IMG/VR virus record: IMGVR_UViG_2061766007_000697
DNA length: 42,723 nt
Reading direction: 5' to 3' (one strand)
Source of the DNA: an uncultured virus (IMG/VR IMGVR_UViG_2061766007_000697)
Taxonomy: Duplodnaviria; Heunggongvirae; Uroviricota; Caudoviricetes
The notes under the pieces were generated by a model. That model did no database searches. It was given only the letters and a program-made list of their open reading frames with translations, and was not told the origin of the DNA. Position numbers and translations under genes: made by a program. Positions within the stretch are counted from its first letter, which is position 1. Every line of letters starts with the position of its first letter. This document shows positions 11,155 through 19,891 of the stretch, one piece after another.

Positions 11155-11540
11155 CGCAAAGAAGCAGGATCTCTACAAGATATGCTTACTATGCATAATC
11201 CGCTATCGCATGTAGATTATCTTAAAGACCAAGCCTCTCGAAATGGTTGGAGTAAAGTATTATTCGGACGCGGTGATGAGGGCTATGTGGATTATCTTAT
11301 GCGGACTGGAAAAGTAGATGCTAATAATGATTCTACTGCTATGAAGAGATATAATGTTTTTTATAATGGCTGGGNNNNNNNNNNNNNNNNNNNNNGGATT
11401 ATGGTGATGGTCTCCTTGCAAAGACAAAAGCATTCTTTGGTTTAAAGCCAGATCAGATAACGCGCACAGGAACCAGACCAAATTATCTAATTTTCAAAAA
11501 GCCAGGTATATGGGATAACCTGAAGAATATGTTTAGTTGA
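11155..11540 (+). CDS. hypothetical protein, 3' fragment
   Basis: RKEAGSLQ... continues across a short gap as DYGDGLLAK...WDNLKNMFS-TGA; may or may not be the same gene as 10378. Confidence 0.5.
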
Positions 11541-11557
11541 TATTTGTTGACTTCTCT

Positions 11558-11588
11558 GCCCTCCCCTCAACGAGGTGGAGGGCTTTTT
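11558..11588 (+). terminator. rho-independent terminator
   Basis: GCCCTCC-CCTC-AAC-GAGG-T-GGAGGGC hairpin followed by TTTTT. Confidence 0.75.
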
Positions 11589-11640
11589 CGTCTACATTAA
11601 TTATAAGACGCGCAAGCTTTTTGTAATAGGAGACATATGT

Positions 11641-14600
11641 ATGAATGACCTCAATGTGAACCAGCAGCCTCAGACGACAGAGTCTGTTGANNNNNNNNNN
11701 NNNNNNNNNNNNNNNNNNNNNNNNNNNNNNNNNNNNNNNNNNNNNNNNNNNNNNNNNNNNNNNNNNNNNNNNNNTGCTTGCTACTTCAAAGAAATTACTT
11801 GGTATCTCTAAGCGCGAACAGGAACCAGATCCTAAGGACTCTCTTGCTTTTCAGCGTTTCTATGGCCCTGAGATGCTGTTCCAGGAGCGCATTCTTCGTG
11901 ATGGTGGTAAGCTTGCTCGTAACATCCTGTGGAAGGCGACTAATAGAGGCAATCTAGACTTCATGCCAGTTGGAGCCCTTGATAAGCATATCTCTTCTGT
12001 TTTCTATGATAGCAAGCTTGCACAGATGATGGATGGTTCTTCGCCACTTGAGACCATTGACTCTGCCTATAAGACTACACGAATTGGTGAAGGCGGTGTT
12101 GCATCACAGGATAGCGCACCAGATGAGATGCGTACTGTGCAGCCAAGCTATTTTGGTTTTATTGATCCTGTGAGATGCTTTGCCAAAGGCACAGAGATCA
12201 AGACAGAGTCTGGTTGGAAAGCTATTGAGGATCTCACAACAGAAGATAAGANNNNNNNNNNNNNNNNNNNNNNNNNNNNNNNNNNNNNNNNNNNNNNNNN
12301 NNNNNNNNNNNNNNNNNNNNTATGAGGATGATAATGTTGCTTTCTGTGTGACACCGCATCACAGGCTCTATATCAAAAAAGATGATGGTTGGGATATTGC
12401 TTTTGCTGAAGATGTCTATGGAACAGAGGTTATTATCAACCTTTCTGAGACAGATGAACAACTTTATAAGTTAGAAAAAAGATATTGGTATGAGCAAAAG
12501 AATGAAGACTTTGTTTATTGNNNNNNNNNNNNNNNNNNNNNNNNNNNNNNNNNNNNNNNNNNNNNNNNNNNNNNNNNNNNNNNNNNNNNNNNNNNNNNNN
12601 NNNNNNNNNNNNNNNNNNNNNNNNNNNNNNNNNNNNNNNNNNNNNNNNNNNNNNNNNNNNNNNNNNNNNNNNNNNNNNNNNNNNNNNNNNNNNNNNNNNN
12701 NNNNNNNNNNNNNNNNNNNNNNNNNNNNNNNNNNNNNNNNNNNNNNNNNNNCAGAAAGCACAGGTAACCAAAGACGGCTCTATCCCTGGTTCTACACAGA
12801 GCGGTCTTGCAGCTGTTTATCCAATCCGCACAACTGTTGCGAAATTCCCGCCTAAGCGTAACTGGTTCTATAAAATCGTCCTTAGATCTGGTCGCTCCTT
12901 GATTACATCTGCTGATCANNNNNNNNNNTCCCGCCTAAGCGTAACTGGTTCTATAAAATCGTCCTTAGATCCGGCCGCTCTCTGATCACATCTGCTGATC
13001 ACCGCTGGTCTGTTCTTCGCAATAACCGTTATAGACTTATTGATGCCAAGGATCTGAAGCCTGGTGATATGGCGCTGCGCTCTACTTTCAAGGATGTCAT
13101 TTCCAGACGCACCTTTGTCAATGGCATGCTGGTTAATAAGGATCTTGCCACCGTCTTCGGTTATATTGCCCGCTCCCTGTCGCAGCCTGACAGCTATAAG
13201 ATGCGCATTTCCATTCCAGAAGATCGCTATAATTTCGTCATGCAGCAGCTTGCACGCATCGGATTCACAGAAGGCTTCAATACCTATTATATGAATGTCG
13301 GCACTTTCTGCATCGGCATCCGTGATGAGAAGTTTAAGCTCTTCCTGAAAGAGTCTTTTGGCGCCACCGATAGAGAACGCAAGATCCCTGATTTCATTAT
13401 GTCTGCCAACGCTGCTATCGTTAGTGCCTTCCTTGATGGTTATACAAACGATCCTACTAAGGTTGGCCGTGACTCTGCAGACGACATCTGGATTCTTGAT
13501 ATACCGAACACTGCTGTGCGCGATTCGCTCGCTTTCCTTTTTGCCAGAATCGAAACAGACACCCTTTATAGAGATACCACAGTAGATGGTGAGATGGAAA
13601 TCGCAATGAAGCTGGTTCCTATGGATCCGCGCTACGGTGATATGATTCTGGATGAGATCAAGGTTATCAAGAAAGGCATCTCTGCGCCTATTATGGTGGA
13701 TATCGATGTCAACGATAATCTTTATGCTGTTGCCAATGGTATCGTGACGCACAACTCCAAGTACCCGCTGCAGGCTATCAGTGTTGAGAATCGTGAGGCG
13801 CCTCTTGTCCGTGGTCTTGATGAAGCCAGCGGCAAGGATATGCAGACGCTTATTGGCAAATATCTTGGTGCGCGGTTTGCTCCTCGTGACGGTGTTGTTA
13901 CCGCTGTCAGGAAGGATCGCATCGATGTCCGTTATGATGACGGCAGTAAAGGGAGCATTGATATGTATGTCAACTTCCCAATGAATGCCAAGGGCTATAT
14001 CAACAACACACCCAGAGTCAAAGCCGGACAAGCCTTTAAGAAGGGTGATTGTCTTGCTAGCAGCAATTATACAGACGATAAAGGTGTGGCCGCGCTTGGT
14101 ACGAATCTGCGGTCTGCTTGGATGTCTTGGAAAGGCGGTACATACGAAGATGCCATTGTTATCAGTGAGAGTGCTGCTAAGAAGCTGACCAGCACCACCA
14201 TGTATAAGACAGCCGTGGATCTGGATAAGACTGTAAAGCTTGGTAAGCAGAACTATATGACATGGAAGCCTGGTGAGTTCAGCAAAGAGCAGATGGAGAA
14301 TCTGGATGCTAACGGTATTGTGAAGCCTGGTACTATTCTGCATAAAGAAGATCCTATGATCCTGGCAGTGAGGATGACAGAGCCTTCGCCTGGTACACTG
14401 GGTAAGCGCATCTTGACCGATATGAGCGAGAGATGGGAACATGATCATCCTGGCGTGGTTACTGATGTTGTCAAGACCAGGAAGGGCATCAAAGTTTATG
14501 CAACTGTTACGGCACCTGCAGAGGTTGGTGACAAGCTGTCAGGGGGCTATGGTAACAAGGGTGAGATTTCTCAGATTCTTCCTGATGATGAGATGCCTAC

Positions 14601-17600
14601 AACGAAAAAAGGTGAGCCAATTGATATATTACTGAGCCCGCTTGGACTTATTTCGAGGACGAATAATTCGCAAATTTATGAGGGATTACTTGGTAAAGTT
14701 GCAGCCAAAACAGGCAAGACTATTACAGTCCCGCAGTTCTTCGATAGGCCTATTCCTGATTTCGTTGCGGAACAGCTCAAACAGAACCACATAGAACCTG
14801 ATGAGGATCTTGTTGATCCCTCGACAGGCAGGGTTATGCCTAATATAACCACAGGTATATCTTATATATACAAGCTGAAACACCTGGCTGAATCTAAGAT
14901 GTCGGCTCGCGGTACGTCGACATATGATGCTGAGGGTCTTCCTGGCGGTAAGGGCATGGACGGCTGCTTCCCAGGTCCGCAACTTGTTATGACCAGCGGA
15001 AGCTATAAGGCCATCAGCGCACTCGCATTCTCTAAGGACGTGAATCAGGTTGGTACTTGCACAGAGAAGGGCGAGTTCTGCTACTATCCTTCTATTGACT
15101 CGTTCAGAAAGCTTGTGCCGCCCAGCGATCTTATCAGCATTGTGCCTAAGTGGTCATTTGGTCCTAAAGGCTTCCTGGCACATACCATTATTCCAATGAC
15201 GCCTACTAAGAACCATGCCATCTATATGTATAATGGTATGATTCAGAAGCATGCTGGGGATATCAAGAGTGGAGATAAACTGGCGGGNNNNNNNNNNNNN
15301 NNNNNNNNTTACAGGTGCTCGCCAACTTGATATCTTCTACTGGCATGGTGGATGACGATAGGCTCACAGTTACGTATGATGACGATCATGCCGCGCTGGC
15401 TATATTCAAGTGTGGTATCCTTAAAGGGCTGCATGCTCACATCAATGAATATAGACACACTATTACTGTTCCTCACTATTCGCTCTACGAAGCTGCACTG
15501 CAGGAGCAGGATTTTGGTGAGCTATATAAGTGCTTACAGCTGTTGGATGGACATGGTGCTGATGATGATGCAGAAACTGTTGCCAAGTACATTCCTTGGT
15601 CTATTATCCCAGAGAGCAGAAGTGAGCTGAAAGCTGCTGTTAAGGCGCTGCAGGAGAAGGAACCTGTTAAAGAGATCGATACCAAGACGCACCTTGGGTT
15701 GATGCCTATTGTTGTGGACAAGATTGAACCTTATAAGACAGATAAAGAACTCGTGCGCGTATACGACCTTACTATCGATACTACGCATAGATATATTCTG
15801 TTTGGCGGCTATGTGGTCAGTAACTCTAAACGCTTTGGCACACTTGAACAGTCTGCCATGGCCGGACACAACGCCTTCGATATTATTAAGGACAGTAAGT
15901 ATATCCGTGGCCAGAGTAATTCGGATTTCTGGCGTAATCTTAGAACTGGTGACATTCCCACTATTCCTGGTGAGCCGCTTGTTCATAAGAAGTTCTTTGC
16001 GCATCTGACTGGTGCTGGTGTTAATGTTAAGAAGACTCCTCAGGGTGTGTCTATCTTTGCTCTGACCAATAAGGATGTGAACGAGCTGGCCGGTCCTCGT
16101 GAGGTCAAGAGCCGCGATACCTATGAGGCCAGAACTTTCAGACCGATTGATGATGGTTTGTTTGGGCAGAACGTATTTGGCATTAACGGCGATAAGTGGG
16201 GCTACATACAGTTGGACGAACCTGTGCCTAACCCTGTTATGGAAGAGCCGCTTGCTCGCCTGCTGAATATTCCTGAGAAGAAGTTCGCTGATGTTGCTTC
16301 TGGTAAGGAAGAGATCAATGGTATCAAGGGTGGCGCCTCTATGAAGGCTGCACTTGAGAAGATTGATCTTGGTGCCGAGAGTGCGAAGGCGTTGAATAAC
16401 TACAAGACCATGACTCCTAGCGGTAAGGATAAGGCGCTGAAGCGGTATGTGGCTATTGAACGCATGAGACGCGCTGGTGTTAAGCCTTCTGATTATATGC
16501 TGGACAAGATTCCTGTCATTCCTCCTATATATAGACCCATTACAAGCTATAACGGTCTTACAATGGTCGCTGATAGTAATTACCTTTATGCGCAGCTGCT
16601 GGATGCGAGAGATGACGCCAGAGAGTCCAAGAATCTGCCTCAGGAGTTCCAGGATCAGGCCAGAGAAAATATTTATACAAAGTGGAAAGAGTTGACCGGC
16701 CTTTATGCGCCCCAGGATGTTAAGCTTCAGAGCAAGCATGTTCAGGGGTTGCTCAAGTGGGCTCTTGGTGACAGTCCAAAATTCTCAGCGCTGCAGCGCA
16801 AGGTACTGAGTGCCACTGTTGATACTGTTGGCCGTGGTGTTGTGGTTCCCGATCCGAGGCTGCGAGTCAATGAGCTTGGTATACCAGAAGTAATGGCTTT
16901 CAATATCATGGGCCCGATTGTTGAGCGAAAGCTTGTCAAACAGGGCTACACACCTTTGCAGGCTATGGAGAAGGTGAAGAAGCAGGATATTCAGGCGAGA
17001 GATGCACTGAATGAAGTAATGCGCGACCATCCTGTGCTTATGAATCGTGCGCCTACCCTGCATAAGCTTGGTGTTATGGCATATAAGCCCAGACTGGTAG
17101 CAGGTCATGCGATTCATGTAAATCCTTCTACAGTAGTGCCATTCAATATGGACTTTGATGGCAATTGTTGTGATTATGATAGCAAGATTTTCTTGAAAAT
17201 ATCGAAATCTCAATACAATAAAGTTGATGTGAGTTATGTTAATTGTGTATCCGGAAACAACTATGAAAAGGAGACACAATCCATGAAACTTCCATTCGAC
17301 ACAAAAATCACTGCTCACGACATCGATGACAACGACTACGTTTGCATGAAGATTGGGGAATTTCCACGCATCGGTACACCTATCAAAGACAAGAATGGGG
17401 CAGACTGCTATGCCGTTCCTTCTGGCATTCAGGTTCTTTCCTGTGACCCAAAATCTGGTAAGGAATGCTGGCAGACTGTGAAGATGCTGACTGTCGAAAA
17501 TGACTGTGACACTGTAAAAGTTAAACTCGGCTCTAGAGAGCTTATTGTCTCTACCAACGAGTCCCTCGCTGTTTTCGACCACGAGACTGGTAATCTTAAA

Positions 17601-18899
17601 AAGGTTGCTCCAGATAAGGCAGGCATCTCTATGGTTCCTGTCTTTAAGAGGCAGCCTGCGCCGTTTGGTACTTATGGCGATCGTGATCTTGGGTGGATGA
17701 TGGGTGCATTTATCTCTGATGGCTGGAGAGCTGGTAATACTATCGGCTACGCCAAGCTTGAAGCCTCTAAGCGCGATGAGTTTGTTAGAATCATCAGAGC
17801 GCACCACGAGAACTTCACTGTCAAGATCTATGAAGAGAACGCCAATGTGCAGTCTGATTCCTACAAGCTTGGCAACTCTGTTAAGATTCATCTTAATAGC
17901 AGCACCCTTGTCGCCTGGTTCGATCAGTGGAGTTTTGTCAGCGATGACATCAAGGATAATCTTGATGGTAAGCGTACTGCCCTGTATAAGCAGGTTCCGC
18001 AGTATCTTATCGACTACGGCAGCGAAGACTTCCTCTGGGGACTCTTTAGCGGCTTGATTGATGGAGATGGTAGTATTGCTAAGAATATGGCTACTGGTAG
18101 GCCTCGTTGGTCTGTNNNNNNNNNNNNNNNNNNNNNNNNNNNNNNNNNNNNNNNNNNNNNNNNNNNNNNNNNNNNNNNNNNNNNNNNNNNNNNNNNNNNN
18201 NNNNNNNCCTCCACCATTGACATGTATCAGAATTTAGATAAGCTGACGTGCATCGGGGAACGGGAACAAGAGCTTATTACAGAGTGGACGTCTTGCGCGC
18301 CGTCTAGGGACACGTATGATGTTGTGCCGATAAGCCAGAATGAATATACAGCGCTTAAGTTGTTTGTGACACAGGATAGCGACAGCAGCCTGTATGCAGC
18401 AATCATGAGGACTAAGGGCACTGGCTGCAGGGCTAATCGCACGCTTTTGATGCGTCATGTCGAAGAGATCAAGGAATACATACCTTCGCTCTATGATCGC
18501 ATTATGGCTACAAATACTATCTGGGAAACTGTATCCAGTGTTGAGCCTGCTGGTAAACGCCAGGTGTTCGACTTCGAGGTTGAAGGCACTAAGGTCTTTG
18601 CTATCAACAACGGTGTTGTGATTTGGGACACAGTGAATATTCATGCCCCGGTCTCTGATGACGCGCGTAAGGAAGCGTATGCCAAGATGATGCCTGAACG
18701 CAATCTGATTGGTATGCGCTCGCGTGAGATCCTCTATAAGCCTGAAAAGGAATACCAGCAGGGTCTGTATATCGCCACTCGCATGAAGTCTGGTCCAGAT
18801 GTACGCACACACTACTTTAACACGTTGGAAGAAGCAAAGCAAGCTTATCGTGACGGCATTATCGACGTCGACGACCCCATTGTAATCAAATCAAAATAA
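11641..18899 (+). CDS. rpoBC: RNA polymerase beta(C-part)-beta'(N-part) fusion precursor containing four inteins
   Basis: AGGAG RBS. Beta motifs: SKLAQMMD..PL, GTYEDAIVISE, GDKLSGGYGNKG, SPLGLISRTN, YKLKHLAESKMSAR, KRFGTLE. Then, with no stop, beta' motifs: TFRPIDDGLF, IPVIPPIYRP, VDTVGRGVV, NRAPTLHKLG, NMDFDG. Frame breaks occur only at N gaps; continuity across those gaps is inferred. Confidence 0.9.
12176..12520 (+). mobile_element. intein 1 (mini-intein) in beta region D; C-terminus in gap
   Basis: FIDPVR|CFAKGTEIKTESGWKAIEDL (block A), VTPHHRLY (block B), FVYC (block F start); site equivalent to RpoB CPIE|TPEG. Confidence 0.85.
12752..13755 (+). mobile_element. intein 2 with degenerate LAGLIDADG-type endonuclease domain; N-terminus in gap
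   Basis: LITSADHRW (block B), IPDFIM...AFLDGY, VDIDVNDNLYAVANGIVTHN|S; C-extein SKYPLQA equivalent to RpoB RALMG|xNMQRQA. Confidence 0.85.
14965..15824 (+). mobile_element. intein 3 in the beta C-terminal GG-QRFGEME motif
   Basis: GKGMDG|CFPGPQLVMT, TPTKNHAIY (block B), VYDLTIDTTHRYILFGGYVVSN|SKRFG. Confidence 0.85.
17166..18629 (+). mobile_element. intein 4 (atypical, Asp-terminated) with LAGLIDADG homing endonuclease, in the beta' catalytic loop
   Basis: NMDFDGN|CCDYDSKI; WMMGAFISDG and LFSGLIDGDGS endonuclease motifs; VFDFEVEGTKVFAINNGVVIWD|TVNIHAP, after which beta' homology resumes. Confidence 0.85.
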
Positions 18900-18920
18900 T
18901 TTATATACAGGAGCATTTCT

Positions 18921-19398
18921 ATGCACAACTTCGATAACGTCATGAAAGGTTTTAACAAGAGAGCCACAGCCGTGCTGANNNNNNNNNNNNNNNNNNNNNN
19001 NNNNNNNNNNNNNNNNNNNNNNNNNNNNNNNNNNNNNNNNNNNNNNNNNGGGAGGGGCGCCTGCTGGTGCTCCTCCGATGGGCCCCGCTGCCATGGGTGG
19101 TATGCCTCCTGCTGGTGGCGCACCAATGGATCCGGGTGCGATGGGCGGCGCTCCCGCAGCTCAGGGTTCAGGCGGGGGTGAAATTCCTCCTGAAATTCTT
19201 CAGGACCAGCTCTTTATGCAGTTCCTGCAGGCGATGGGTGTGATCTTTGACCAGCAGACGGGCACTTTCATGGATCCTAATGGACAACCCCTTAGCGTTG
19301 ATGAGGTTATGCAGATTTATGACATGTTTCAACAGCAAGTCGCGGCGCAACAGGGCGCTGCTCCTGAAGGAGGCACTGCGGGTGGCGAAGCCATGGGT
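18921..19398 (+). CDS. low-complexity Pro/Gly/Met/Ala-rich protein (3' end in gap)
   Basis: AGGAG RBS; MHNFDNVMKGFNKRAT joins the 19078 frame across a gap (MGGMPPAGGAPMDPG...). Confidence 0.6.
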
Positions 19399-19891
19399 NN
19401 NNNNNNNNNNNNNNNNNNNNNNNNNNNNNNNNNNNNNNNNNNNNNNNNNNNNNNNNNNNNNNNNNNNNNNNNNNNNNNNNNNNNNNNNNNNNNNNNNNNN
19501 NNNNNNNNNNNNNNNNNNNNNNNNNNNNNNNNNNNNNNNNNNNNNNNNNNNNNNNNNNNNNNNNNNNNNNNNNNNNNNNNNNNNNNNNNNNNNNNNNNNN
19601 NNNNNNNNNNNNNNNNNNNNNNNNNNNNNNNNNNNNNNNNNNNNNNNNNNNNNNNNNNNNNNNNNNNNNNNNNNNNNNNNNNNNNNNNNNNNNNNNNNNN
19701 NNNNNNNNNNNNNNNNNNNNNNNNNNNNNNNNNNNNNNNNNNNNNNNNNNNNNNNNNNNNNNNNNNNNNNNNNNNNNNNNNNNNNNNNNNNNNNNNNNNN
19801 NNNNNNNNNNNNNNNNNNNNNNNNNNNNNNNNNNNNNNNNNNNNNNNNNNNNNNNNNNNNNNNNNNGTTTTATTTGCAAGAAAGGCTAATC

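Noticed and set aside
12846..13001. Genuine tandem repeat, CRISPR unit or DGR template/variable repeat pair
   Set aside because: There are only two copies flanking a 10-N scaffold gap. Differences are synonymous T/C changes in both directions, and no reverse transcriptase or cas gene is present.
17163..18626. Group I intron as the explanation for the catalytic-loop insertion
   Set aside because: The insert is a continuous in-frame ORF with Hint blocks A/F/G, the 5' exon would not end in U, and no intron core structure is visible.
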